A DNA stretch of 64,000 nucleotides from a virus (taxonomy: Duplodnaviria > Caudoviricetes): the IMG/VR virus record IMGVR_UViG_3300011113_000415. The stretch is one strand, 5' to 3'. Shown in pieces: positions 54,924-64,000 of this stretch. The notes below the pieces were generated by a model. That model was not told where the DNA came from. It ran no database searches and was given only the letters and a program-made list of their open reading frames with translations. A program made the position numbers and the translations under genes. How positions within the stretch are numbered: the first letter of the stretch is position 1; every line of letters begins with the position of its first letter.

Positions 54924-56236
54924 TTCAATTACTTCCACCCATACTTCTAGGCCTGTTCATTGGGGTGGTTATAGGTGTGTTTCCTGGGCTAGGTCCTGCA
55001 TCAGGAATTTTGATTTTGTATCCTGTGTTGGCAGGATTACCGGTGATAGATTTATTTGTTTTTTATGCAGTCATGATGTCATCGGTACAATATTACGGAA
55101 GTATACCATCAATTGTTTATGGTGTTGCGGGCGAGATAACCAGCGCACCAGCAGTGCATTATGGTCATGCCGAATTCAAGCAAGGCCGAGGGGCAGAACT
55201 CCTTAGCGGCACAGCCACATCCAGTTTGATAGCATCATTGGTAGGTGTAACAATTTTTACAGTTTCAACCTACTATATTGAATTTTTAAAATATTTTATC
55301 AATAACACTCCACGATTACTGATGTTGGCCATGATCATGACATTGATAAGTGTGGCTAGTCCTAAGAAATTGTTGGCATTGTTGTTTGCTATATTAGGCT
55401 TGCTAATTGGGCATATTGGATATGATCAATTGAGAAACGAACATTTTTTGTCATCATCGAGTTTTTTGGCAAGTGGTATTCCATTTGTACCGGTATTCAT
55501 AGGTTTTTTGATGTTGCCAGAAATATTTCTTTACGCAAAAAATCAACCTTGTGTGACCAGCATTGATTTACGACATTTTGATCTCAAAAGACGTATTTCA
55601 CATCTGTTGAAATTTCCCTCAATCACTGCTTCCATGCGTGGTAGTGTACTGGGTTCTATTTTGGGATTGGTTCCTATGGTAGGGACTTCTATATCATCAA
55701 TGGTAGCGGCTGCTTTGGAAAAAAAGATAAATTCAGACAATCAAAAAATAGTAATTTCTGCAGAAGCCGCAAATAATTCAGCCAGCATCACTGTGCTTAT
55801 TCCTTTGATTTTTTTGGCTCTGCCTGTTATCCCATCTGAGGGTGTTATAATGGCCATGGCAGAACGAAACGGTTTTGGCATGTCTAATAGTTTTGATGTT
55901 TTATCAAAAATATCAACAATGTTGTTAGTAATCTTGTTGCTGATTAACTTTGTCAATTGGATTGTGGCTGGAGTATTTTATCGCGGTATGGTTTCAATTT
56001 ATCTACGATTGTACAAGGTGATTTACCCAATCATGATTGCTTTGAGTGTAATAGTGTGTGTGTATGACGGTGTGATAAACAATCAATTGCTCCTGTATGT
56101 GCTGACAGCACTGATTTCTTTGCTTATAGGTTTTTGGATCAGTGAATTTTCGGTGAGGGTGGCTTTAGTGTTTGGCATGCTGTTGTCTGCATCTGTTTCG
56201 TCGGAACTATTCCGATTTATTTTACTTAATTTTTAA
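54911..56236 (+). CDS. tctA: Tripartite tricarboxylate transporter TctA-like permease
   Basis: GVFPGLGP, YYGSIPSI, LGLVPMVG, EAANNS; many TM segments. Confidence 0.8.
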   Translation: MPELIQLLPPILLGLFIGVVIGVFPGLGPASGILILYPVLAGLPVIDLFVFYAVMMSSVQYYGSIPSIVYGVAGEITSAPAVHYGHAEFKQGRGAELLSGTATSSLIASLVGVTIFTVSTYYIEFLKYFINNTPRLLMLAMIMTLISVASPKKLLALLFAILGLLIGHIGYDQLRNEHFLSSSSFLASGIPFVPVFIGFLMLPEIFLYAKNQPCVTSIDLRHFDLKRRISHLLKFPSITASMRGSVLGSILGLVPMVGTSISSMVAAALEKKINSDNQKIVISAEAANNSASITVLIPLIFLALPVIPSEGVIMAMAERNGFGMSNSFDVLSKISTMLLVILLLINFVNWIVAGVFYRGMVSIYLRLYKVIYPIMIALSVIVCVYDGVINNQLLLYVLTALISLLIGFWISEFSVRVALVFGMLLSASVSSELFRFILLNF

Positions 56237-56246
56237 AGGAGCATTT

Positions 56247-57068
56247 ATGAATAAAATTCTGAAATATTTTTTTGCGGTTGTATTGGTCGCAAGTTCAACT
56301 TTAGCCTGGGCTGATACTTTTTATTTCAACTATTACTATCCTCCTGGCGGAGGAACCGAACAATGGTCTAATCCTTTGATCACTGGTCTGCAAAATAAAG
56401 GACACATTGTTCGACAAGAATTCTTTAAATCTTGTCATGAGGCAATAACAAAAACATCAACACAACCCAATGGATTTATTGTTGCAGGCCCAGATATTTT
56501 GCCAGATGTTTCTGGCAAATGTCCTGCGCAGAAAGATTTCCCGCAATTAAAACTGCTGACCAATTTGGCTGCTTACAACTACTATCTTTGCACCTCACCT
56601 AAAAAAACACATATCACCCTGGCAGATCTGTCAGGATCCCAAATCTACAAAGTTGCGATTTCAGCAAGTCCATCGGCAGTAACAGAATGGACAAATTTTA
56701 TCACGAATAGTACAATAAAAAATAACATTCGCACTATTCCATATGAAGCCCAGGCTGCCGCCAGGGCCGCACTAATAGCAGGAACCGATGTTGATTTAAT
56801 GTATGTTGCTACAGGTGTTGAACATGTTATCAGTGCAGGCGGCAAGTGTTTGGCGGCCTCTAGCATCAAAAACCACTATAATTTGCCAGCACTGTCACAG
56901 TTGTCAACTGGAAAATACACAGAGCAATATGTCACAATAGATTTGTGGACCATGCACCCACAATCCAAAGACAATATTAATCTATTGACTGAAATATTAA
57001 AATCAAGTGTTTTTAAAGATTTCTTGGCTCAAAGAACGTCATCTGTGCATTTGGGCATAGGACGCTAA
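56247..57068 (+). CDS. TctC/Bug-like periplasmic binding protein
   Basis: Signal peptide; YPPGGGT; follows tctA. Confidence 0.6.
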   Translation: MNKILKYFFAVVLVASSTLAWADTFYFNYYYPPGGGTEQWSNPLITGLQNKGHIVRQEFFKSCHEAITKTSTQPNGFIVAGPDILPDVSGKCPAQKDFPQLKLLTNLAAYNYYLCTSPKKTHITLADLSGSQIYKVAISASPSAVTEWTNFITNSTIKNNIRTIPYEAQAAARAALIAGTDVDLMYVATGVEHVISAGGKCLAASSIKNHYNLPALSQLSTGKYTEQYVTIDLWTMHPQSKDNINLLTEILKSSVFKDFLAQRTSSVHLGIGR

Positions 57069-57088
57069 AGGTAATACTCAAGTACTAC

Positions 57089-57114
57089 AAAACCCTACAA
57101 TTCTGTAGGGTTTT
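57089..57114. terminator. Bidirectional intrinsic terminator
   Basis: AAAACCCTAC/GTAGGGTTTT. Confidence 0.75.
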
Positions 57115-57121
57115 ATTTTGG

Positions 57122-57150
57122 TTGACCAAATATGGTGCATTTGCTATAAT
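57122..57150 (+). promoter_or_regulatory. Sigma70 promoter with upstream GTAATAC/GTACTAC
   Basis: TTGACC-17-TATAAT. Confidence 0.8.
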
Positions 57151-57180
57151 ATAGGCATATTGAAACATAAAGGAGTCCAA

Positions 57181-57648
57181 ATGGGTACACGTAGTCGTAT
57201 TGGTGTCATGCATGGTGACAAAGTCAAATCAGTTTATTGTCACTGGGACGGCTATCTTGAGCACAATGGTGCCATCCTACAAGAACACTATGATTCCAGC
57301 AAGGCCAACAACCTTGTGGCACTAGGCGACTTGTCAAGCCTGCGTCCAGAGATCGGCCAAGAGCATCCGTTCAGCCGCTTTGACAGTGATATATCTGATG
57401 CAGAATACGAACGACAGTTTGGCGACATGTGTACCTTTTACGGTCGCGATCGCGGTGAAACTGGCACTGAGTGGAAAGTGGCACACTCATTTAATGAGTT
57501 TTTTGAACAATGCGACAATTGTGGTGCTGAATACTTTTATATCATGCGAGATGGTGTCTGGTACTGTGGCGACACTTATGGATCAACTGGATTAAGTAAT
57601 AAGTTAACACCACTTGCAGAGGCTCTACAAGCCTTAGAAAAAGTTTGA
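57181..57648 (+). CDS. Early hypothetical protein
   Basis: MGTRSRIG...YCHWDGY; AAGGAG RBS. Confidence 0.7.
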   Translation: MGTRSRIGVMHGDKVKSVYCHWDGYLEHNGAILQEHYDSSKANNLVALGDLSSLRPEIGQEHPFSRFDSDISDAEYERQFGDMCTFYGRDRGETGTEWKVAHSFNEFFEQCDNCGAEYFYIMRDGVWYCGDTYGSTGLSNKLTPLAEALQALEKV

Positions 57649-57673
57649 CACAAAATCGCATTTCACTTATAAT
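57645..57673 (+). promoter_or_regulatory. Consensus sigma70 promoter
   Basis: TTGACA-17-TATAAT. Confidence 0.8.
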
Positions 57674-57703
57674 TGACTTATCTTAACCAGCAAAGGAAAC
57701 ACA

Positions 57704-58786
57704 ATGTCAGAAAGTCGTACAGTCACAGCCACGCAGGCTCGCAAAAGTTTGCTTCGTGCATTCCAAGTCAAACGTCCTTTGTTCTTGTGGGGTCCTCCTG
57801 GCATTGGCAAGAGTGAACTGGTAGAAGGTATTGCTCGCGAACTGGGTGGTCTCATGATTGATCTGCGTTTGGGTCAAATGGAGCCCACAGACATTCGTGG
57901 TATTCCGTTTTATAACAAGGACTCAGGCAAGATGGACTGGGCTCCTCCTGTGGAGTTGCCCGATGAGGCCACTGCCAGTCAGTATCCTATCGTTGTGTTG
58001 TTCTTGGACGAACTCAACTCAGCCGCACCCTCGGTGCAAAGTGCCGCATATCAACTTATCTTGAATCGACGCATTGGCAAGTATTACCTGCCTGACAATG
58101 TGGTAATGGTTGCGGCAGGTAATCGTGAGTCGGACAAAGGCGTTACCTATCGCATGCCAACTCCACTAGCCAATCGTTTCATCCACCAAGAGATGAAAGT
58201 GGACTTTCCTTCTTGGCAAGAGTGGGCTGTGAACAACAACATCCACAAAGACGTGGTTGGTTATTTGAGTTTTGCCAAGCAAGACTTGAATGACTTTGAC
58301 GCAAAATCAGCAAGTCGTGCATTTGCTACACCACGCTCATGGACCTTTGTGAGTCAGTTGTTGGATGATGAAAACGACACAGATACCATTACCAACTTGA
58401 TTGCTGGTACAATTGGTGAAGGTCTTGCTGTGAAGTTCATGGCTCACCGCAAGGTTGCATCAAAGATGCCCAACCCAGCAGATATTTTGAGTGGCAAGGT
58501 CAAAGACTTGGCTGTAAAAGAAGTTTCGGCCATGTACAGCCTGGTGATCTCCATGTGCTATGAACTCAAGGCCGCGGTAGAAAACAAAGTGGAAGACAAG
58601 AAGTTCCACGAAATGAGTGACAACTTCTTTGGCTACATGATGAAGAACTTTGAGACAGAGTTGGTTGTGATGGGTGCCAGAATTGCACTTACCACATATA
58701 ACCTGCCGTTCCAGCCCAGCAAGTTGAAGAACTTTGACGAGTTCCATCAACGATACGGTAAGTACATTTTGCAGGCGTCAGCCTAA
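57704..58786 (+). CDS. MoxR-type AAA+ ATPase
   Basis: GPPGIGKS, LFLDE, AGNR, LANRF, TPRSW. Confidence 0.9.
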   Translation: MSESRTVTATQARKSLLRAFQVKRPLFLWGPPGIGKSELVEGIARELGGLMIDLRLGQMEPTDIRGIPFYNKDSGKMDWAPPVELPDEATASQYPIVVLFLDELNSAAPSVQSAAYQLILNRRIGKYYLPDNVVMVAAGNRESDKGVTYRMPTPLANRFIHQEMKVDFPSWQEWAVNNNIHKDVVGYLSFAKQDLNDFDAKSASRAFATPRSWTFVSQLLDDENDTDTITNLIAGTIGEGLAVKFMAHRKVASKMPNPADILSGKVKDLAVKEVSAMYSLVISMCYELKAAVENKVEDKKFHEMSDNFFGYMMKNFETELVVMGARIALTTYNLPFQPSKLKNFDEFHQRYGKYILQASA

Positions 58787-58818
58787 ACTGGACAGGGCCC
58801 TAGGGCCCTATTTTTCTA

Positions 58819-59136
58819 ATGGATCTAGTGAAAGTCAAAGTCACCAAATTGGATGGTAGACACAGCCATACTGGTTTGTTCGGTCACATGTTGCAGTTTG
58901 GATTTTTGGTAGGGTACGAACCTTATCAAAGAGCCATGTGCTACTGCAACCATCAATGGGGACCCAGTGTGGATGTTGAAACCTACAGCAAAATCTACTG
59001 GGATGCCATCAAAAGAAACTACCAATTCAAATTCAACCCCACCTGGAGTTATCTTGCACGATATGGCGATCATCGCATCTACCTAACAGACGATGCCGCC
59101 ACTTGGATCAAACTTGCAGAACCTTGGAAGTCATGA
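58819..59136 (+). CDS. Hypothetical protein
   Basis: 105 aa. Confidence 0.55.
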   Translation: MDLVKVKVTKLDGRHSHTGLFGHMLQFGFLVGYEPYQRAMCYCNHQWGPSVDVETYSKIYWDAIKRNYQFKFNPTWSYLARYGDHRIYLTDDAATWIKLAEPWKS

Positions 59137-59399
59137 GTGCCAAAATTGTTGTCAAAAAGAATCTCATTGTGTTTCGTGATCCAGAGAAAGACTGGACACC
59201 CATTCGCAAGAGGTTGATTGCAGAATACGGGCAAAGCATTGTGTTCACCTATGCCATGCGTGAGCGGCTGGGCTTTAGTTCAAGGTATCACACCGAATGG
59301 ATTCCTACTAGCCTTGGCAACCGATATCCTGAGGAACAAATACACCTGGACTTTTACAACCAAGCCGCACAAACATGGTTTCAATTGAAATACTTATAA
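59103..59399 (+). CDS. Hypothetical protein
   Basis: Likely starts at ATG 59133. Confidence 0.5.
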   Translation: MDQTCRTLEVMSAKIVVKKNLIVFRDPEKDWTPIRKRLIAEYGQSIVFTYAMRERLGFSSRYHTEWIPTSLGNRYPEEQIHLDFYNQAAQTWFQLKYL

Positions 59400-60263
59400 T
59401 AATCGCATAGTTCTAAATGATGCTTTTTTCAGCAATTCCAACTGAGAAAGATCTTTAACTTTACCGACGCGAACATTTCCATAATAACTTAACATTTGTT
59501 CTGAAGAAAACAAAGATTCTAACTGATCACGATTGGCTTGGTACCATTCTAAAAGTCGACTGTGTTGCTGTGATCTTTGTTGGTTGTTGATTTTTTCAAA
59601 TTCTAACTCATTTACACCTTCAAGGAAAATAAAAAAACCTGGAGCACAAGCATCTGCCAATCTACAACTTTGTTGCAATTTTTGATTGTCCCCGTGCAAC
59701 ATGCTGATCCAAGGACTTTTGCCCACATGCGGATAATCCACCGTCACGTCACCTCGACGAAGCACACATTCATGAGTTGGTTCTTCGGGCCAGGCAAGGC
59801 TTGAATCATACCATTTCACCTGAATAAATGTTCTGTTTTTTACAAAACGACCTGGATTGTTTGGTTCTGCTTCATGTAGAGCATTGTGTAAATCAATAAA
59901 AAAATGGTCTTGATCTTGAGTCCAAGATGGCTGTTGACTTGGATCCAAAAGTTCTATATCTCTGTGCCATTTATTAAAGGATTCCTGTGTCAACTGAGAT
60001 AAATCCCAGTCAAAATTTAGAACTTGATTGGCTTTGTTTGCCAATACTAAAAAATTGTGCAAACTTTCTGCAGGAGATTTATTGTATTGAATACTGTCTG
60101 CAGGTCTATGCATACGAGATAAATTATCCCAAAAAAACTTAGCATTCGGTTGAGGTTCGACTATAATGGTAATCAATTCTGAAATACCATCAAATTGTAA
60201 ATATATTTCTTGCACGATATAGATATTTATAAACAAAACCGTCGGTTGACCAATGATTAACAA
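59394..60263 (-). CDS. AT-rich hypothetical protein
   Basis: 289-aa minus-strand ORF; start uncertain. Confidence 0.55.
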   Translation of the reverse strand: MLIIGQPTVLFINIYIVQEIYLQFDGISELITIIVEPQPNAKFFWDNLSRMHRPADSIQYNKSPAESLHNFLVLANKANQVLNFDWDLSQLTQESFNKWHRDIELLDPSQQPSWTQDQDHFFIDLHNALHEAEPNNPGRFVKNRTFIQVKWYDSSLAWPEEPTHECVLRRGDVTVDYPHVGKSPWISMLHGDNQKLQQSCRLADACAPGFFIFLEGVNELEFEKINNQQRSQQHSRLLEWYQANRDQLESLFSSEQMLSYYGNVRVGKVKDLSQLELLKKASFRTMRLL

Positions 60264-60300
60264 TTTGCTGTAATTCTACGAAGATAGAAATGTATAATTT

Positions 60301-60355
60301 GTAATACTTTTGTATTACTTTTGCATTTGACTGATAATTCATGACATGTTATAAT
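60301..60355 (+). promoter_or_regulatory. Sigma70 promoter with two GTAnTAC boxes
   Basis: GTAATACTTTTGTATTACTTTT; TTGACT(60327)-17-TATAAT(60350). Confidence 0.8.
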
Positions 60356-60381
60356 ACATACATAGACAACAGAGGAACACA

Positions 60382-61653
60382 ATGACCACTACTGCCACAA
60401 AAGAAGACGCTAAAAAGTTCGCCAATCTCATTGGTCCAACTGACGCCCGACTAGATCGTGAAGTGCGTGAGACTTTGATCACTGCCCGTGTGGGTTTGTT
60501 GCTCAAGGCTTCATTCTTTGGCAATCTTGCTACTCGACTCCGACTGGTCAATGCAGATGAGTGGTGTGCCACTGCCGCAACTGATGGCAGAAACTTCTAC
60601 TACAATGCTAGATTTATCAAAATGCTCAAGCCTAAAGAAGTTGAATTCTTGTTTGGTCACGAAGTATTGCATTGTGTATATGATCACTTTGGACGTAGAG
60701 GTGATAGGAATCCACAGTTGTGGAACATTGCTGATGACTTCTGTGTCAACGCAGACTTGAAGAAGCACCATGTGGGCGAGTTTATTACTTCAGTTCCTTG
60801 CTTGTATGATCACAAGTATGATGGCATGAGTGCCGAAGAAGTGTATGACATATTGTATGCCAAAGCAGACAAGATCGACATTGATGACTTGCTGGAAAAA
60901 ATGATTGACGAGCACATGGATGGTGACGATGAATCCGGCAGTAGTGGTGGCGATGGAGATGAGCAAGATAACAAAGGTCGTCCACGACTTACCAAAGAAG
61001 AGCGTCAACAGATACGTGACGAAATCAAAGAAGCCATGTTGGCGGCCGCCAATGCCAGTGATGCAGGCAATATTCCAGCCGGTGTTAAACGCATCATACA
61101 GGAGTTGACTGAGCCCAAGATGAACTGGCGTGAACTGTTGCGTATGCAATTGGAGTCAACCATCAAGTCGGACTATACCTGGATGCGAGCCAGCCGCAAA
61201 GGTTGGCACATGGATGCTGTGATGCCTGGTATGAAACTGGATCCCATGATTGATATTGCTGTGGCATTGGATGCTTCGGGCAGTATCAGTGAAAAGATGT
61301 TGAAAGATTTTTTGGGTGAGATTCAAGGCATTATGGATTCATTCTCAGCCTATCGTATTCATGTGTTTACATTTGACACCGACGCATACAATCCTGCACA
61401 ATACAACTCCGACAACCTGGATGACATCTGTGACTACGAAGTGTCAGGTGGTGGCGGCACTGACTTTGATTGTATCTTCAAGTATTTGAAGGACGAAGAG
61501 ATTGAACCCAAACGCCTGGTGGTATTCACAGATGGCTACCCATTTGGTTCGTGGGGTGACGAGAACTATACAGATACAGTTTGGATCTTGCATGGTACCA
61601 CTAGCATTGTACCACCTTGGGGTCAGTTTGCTTACTATGATGAGGCTGAGTAA
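60382..61653 (+). CDS. VWA-domain protein with N-terminal HExxH metallopeptidase-like domain (MoxR partner)
   Basis: HEVLH; LDASGSI; VFTDGY. Confidence 0.85.
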   Translation: MTTTATKEDAKKFANLIGPTDARLDREVRETLITARVGLLLKASFFGNLATRLRLVNADEWCATAATDGRNFYYNARFIKMLKPKEVEFLFGHEVLHCVYDHFGRRGDRNPQLWNIADDFCVNADLKKHHVGEFITSVPCLYDHKYDGMSAEEVYDILYAKADKIDIDDLLEKMIDEHMDGDDESGSSGGDGDEQDNKGRPRLTKEERQQIRDEIKEAMLAAANASDAGNIPAGVKRIIQELTEPKMNWRELLRMQLESTIKSDYTWMRASRKGWHMDAVMPGMKLDPMIDIAVALDASGSISEKMLKDFLGEIQGIMDSFSAYRIHVFTFDTDAYNPAQYNSDNLDDICDYEVSGGGGTDFDCIFKYLKDEEIEPKRLVVFTDGYPFGSWGDENYTDTVWILHGTTSIVPPWGQFAYYDEAE

Positions 61654-61871
61654 TGAACCCGCTTATTGAAAAATTTGCACGTGAGTGCGGTGCTTGGAAT
61701 CAAATGTATGGCAACAAGAACTTCATGATCGACGAGCATTTTGACATTGAGAAATTTGTAGGCTTGATTATCCAAGAATGCCAAATTGCGTTGAATCCTA
61801 TGTTGCGTGATATGATCAGCCGCGGACAAGCATACGATTTAATCAAACAACATTTTGGAGTTGAATCATAA
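61653..61871 (+). CDS. Hypothetical protein (FVGLIIQEC family)
   Basis: EKFVGLIIQEC...KQHFGVE. Confidence 0.6.
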   Translation: MNPLIEKFARECGAWNQMYGNKNFMIDEHFDIEKFVGLIIQECQIALNPMLRDMISRGQAYDLIKQHFGVES

Positions 61872-61947
61872 CAACATCTGGAGTGCCAATTTTGCCAAAA
61901 TCCCCAAGAAAATATAATCTTGGGGATTTTCCTATGTAAATATCAGC

Positions 61948-62175
61948 ATGAACGATTCAACACAATTTACCATCGCTGATCTTGCTGGAATACGCGGGAT
62001 CATTGACCTGGCCTGCCAGCGTGGCGCTTTTCGCGGAGAAGAAATGAAGGACGTGGGGCTAATATACGAACGCCTGACCAACTTCATTGTACAAGCCCAA
62101 CAAGCCGCTGAAGCACAAGCCCAGGCTCCAGATTCTGAATCTGATGAGCCAGCCACACCAACTCAAGGAGAATAA
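61948..62175 (+). CDS. Hypothetical protein
   Basis: TAAATA upstream; ACQRGAFRGEE. Confidence 0.6.
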   Translation: MNDSTQFTIADLAGIRGIIDLACQRGAFRGEEMKDVGLIYERLTNFIVQAQQAAEAQAQAPDSESDEPATPTQGE

Positions 62176-62177
62176 GC

Positions 62178-62909
62178 ATGGCATTTTTAAAACACATAGG
62201 CAAACACGGCGATCGCAAGATTGTTATTATTTTTAGACAACTTCCTGGAGATGAACACATGTGTTTGTGTATCTATCCAGACTTGTTGCCTTCACACTGG
62301 CACGACACCATTATGAAAGTGTTGGAAAGTCCTGTGGGTCAGACCGCAGAAGAATTTGCTGATGCCTTGCACCGCAATCTCTTGCCTGATGGTCGCAACA
62401 TCTTGACTGCTTTACATACTGAAAAGATGATGAAGCGTGTGAATACTGAACAAGTGTTGATAACACCAACTCCTACCAGTAATGTCAAACTCAGCGAACT
62501 TAACAACATCTTGAACGAGATGAAGAAAGGTGAAGATGCTGTGCGCAAGATGGCCGAGATTGATGGTGCGCGAGGCCTGGTCGACCCCAAACAAAAACGT
62601 GCGGCTGAAGCACAATTCAAAGCAGAACAACAGGTTCCCAAAGCACCCGGCACATATTCAGCACCACAAGATGGTGTGTTAGATGACAAAACCCTGGCTG
62701 CCAACATGCTCACACAAGCAGTGAAGATGCACAACGAAGCCACTGGCATGATCAACGAAGCCGCACGTATGCGTAAAGAAGCAGAAAAACTGTTTCCTGG
62801 TGTGAAGATGATGGACCTTCCCAAGATGGCTCCTGAGCCCACAGTAGAAACAGAATCAGCGCCCAAAAAGCGCGGACGTAAACCTGCTGTGGCTCATGCA
62901 ACTCAGTGA
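62178..62909 (+). CDS. Hypothetical protein
   Basis: 243 aa; AAGGAG RBS. Confidence 0.65.
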   Translation: MAFLKHIGKHGDRKIVIIFRQLPGDEHMCLCIYPDLLPSHWHDTIMKVLESPVGQTAEEFADALHRNLLPDGRNILTALHTEKMMKRVNTEQVLITPTPTSNVKLSELNNILNEMKKGEDAVRKMAEIDGARGLVDPKQKRAAEAQFKAEQQVPKAPGTYSAPQDGVLDDKTLAANMLTQAVKMHNEATGMINEAARMRKEAEKLFPGVKMMDLPKMAPEPTVETESAPKKRGRKPAVAHATQ

Positions 62910-63198
62910 TGAATTTATTGCCCAGTGGGATCATATAATTTCCGGTGTAGACAAAACCGAAGTTCCGTTAGAGTGTATCAACAAAATTGTGATTAGATTG
63001 CAAGGTGGTCGTCAAAAGACCATCAACCTTGCTCGACTCCGACGTGATGGTTTTGATCTAGAGGAGATTGAATCCTATCTCACCAGAAATCTAGTTGAAC
63101 TAGGTGACCTTGTGCGTGACATAGACTTCTTGGTAGATGTCAATGCAGTGGCCAAACTGGTTCAACCCGAAACCGATCGACTTTTAAAAGATTTATGA
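62896..63198 (+). CDS. Hypothetical protein
   Basis: 100 aa, overlaps both neighbours. Confidence 0.6.
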   Translation: MQLSDEFIAQWDHIISGVDKTEVPLECINKIVIRLQGGRQKTINLARLRRDGFDLEEIESYLTRNLVELGDLVRDIDFLVDVNAVAKLVQPETDRLLKDL

Positions 63199-63866
63199 AT
63201 GTCCGCCTTGTATCCTATTCACAACCAACACCTGAGTTCGCAAATCTTGGCATATCAGATGCTCAAGAACTCATTGCCTACTGCGCTAGAGTCTCAAACC
63301 CTGCCAACCAATTCAACACCGAAACCAGTGAACGACTCATCCGCTACCTCGTGCGGCACCAACACTGGAGCCCACTTGAAATGGTCTCAGCATGCATGGA
63401 AATTACGACAACACGAGATATTGCACGGCAAATCCTACGTCATCGATCATTTAGTTTCCAAGAATTTAGTCAACGATATGCTGACCCGACAACGGATCTT
63501 GAGTTTGTTACCCGCAGTGGACGACTCCAAGACCCACAAAATCGACAGAATAGTATAGAGCACGACGACCACTTGTTGGAGAACGATTGGTATCGTGCTC
63601 AACAAAGAGTAATCTATGCGGCACGGAGAGAATATGAGTGGGCCATTGCCAATGGTATTGCCAAAGAGCAGGCCAGGGCTGTGTTACCCGAAGGCCTTAT
63701 ACAAAGTCGTATCTACATGAACGGCACCTTGAGATCATGGATTCATTTCATTGAGTTGAGGAGTGCCAATGGTACGCAACAGGAACACCAATCTGTTGCT
63801 CGTGAGTGTGCTCGAGCCATTGCTGAAATCTTTCCAATGGCTCAAGATCTAGTTGCAAAAACTTGA
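63195..63866 (+). CDS. thyX: Flavin-dependent thymidylate synthase
   Basis: HWSPLE; QILRHRSFSFQEFSQRY. Confidence 0.95.
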   Translation: MNVRLVSYSQPTPEFANLGISDAQELIAYCARVSNPANQFNTETSERLIRYLVRHQHWSPLEMVSACMEITTTRDIARQILRHRSFSFQEFSQRYADPTTDLEFVTRSGRLQDPQNRQNSIEHDDHLLENDWYRAQQRVIYAARREYEWAIANGIAKEQARAVLPEGLIQSRIYMNGTLRSWIHFIELRSANGTQQEHQSVARECARAIAEIFPMAQDLVAKT

Positions 63867-64000
63867 TCCTTGTGCTATACTAGAGTATGGCCAAATACCT
63901 GCCCGAACAATCCAATCTTTCCCAACCACGCGAAGTAAAAGTTATAGATGGCATAGCCACAGCCTACAGCGATATAGTTGTGTATGACTTTCCCATGGGC

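Overview
A 64-kb piece of a large lytic dsDNA phage genome (T4-like/jumbo myovirus organisation), almost entirely + strand. The host is probably a proteobacterium, inferred from the tmRNA tag ANDSQFQLAA and the ahpC/ahpD, yhhQ and rpoZ homologues. Layout: (1) 1-6.4 kb, putative head-packaged proteins with short N-terminal leaders and QGVAEG linker repeats, plus Dps; (2) 6.5-11.7 kb, family-B DNA polymerase and probable sliding clamp; (3) 11.7-27.4 kb, a 7-deazaguanine island (TGT/DpdA-like, DpdL-like, folE, queD, queE, yhhQ, no recognisable queC) interleaved with three glycosyltransferases, GalE, a DegT-like aminotransferase, a B12-radical SAM enzyme, a methyltransferase, a 2OG oxygenase and sulfotransferase-like genes; (4) 27-38.8 kb, RNase H/FEN, MazG-like, GIY-YIG, small early genes behind sigma70 promoters, ahpC/ahpD and phosphatases; (5) 38.8-49.3 kb, an attenuator-like leader followed by a tRNA array with several unassigned structured RNAs. 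The window holds 27 tRNAs in total covering all 20 amino acids (26 in this array, one at 34.8 kb). The array ends in a circularly permuted two-piece tmRNA gene that carries a protein-coding ORF in its intervening segment; (6) 49.3-64 kb, a PHP-less mini-DnaE, rpoZ, TctA/TctC-like transporter, MoxR/VWA pair and thyX. All calls come from motif reading and manual pairing or alignment; no database searches were run.
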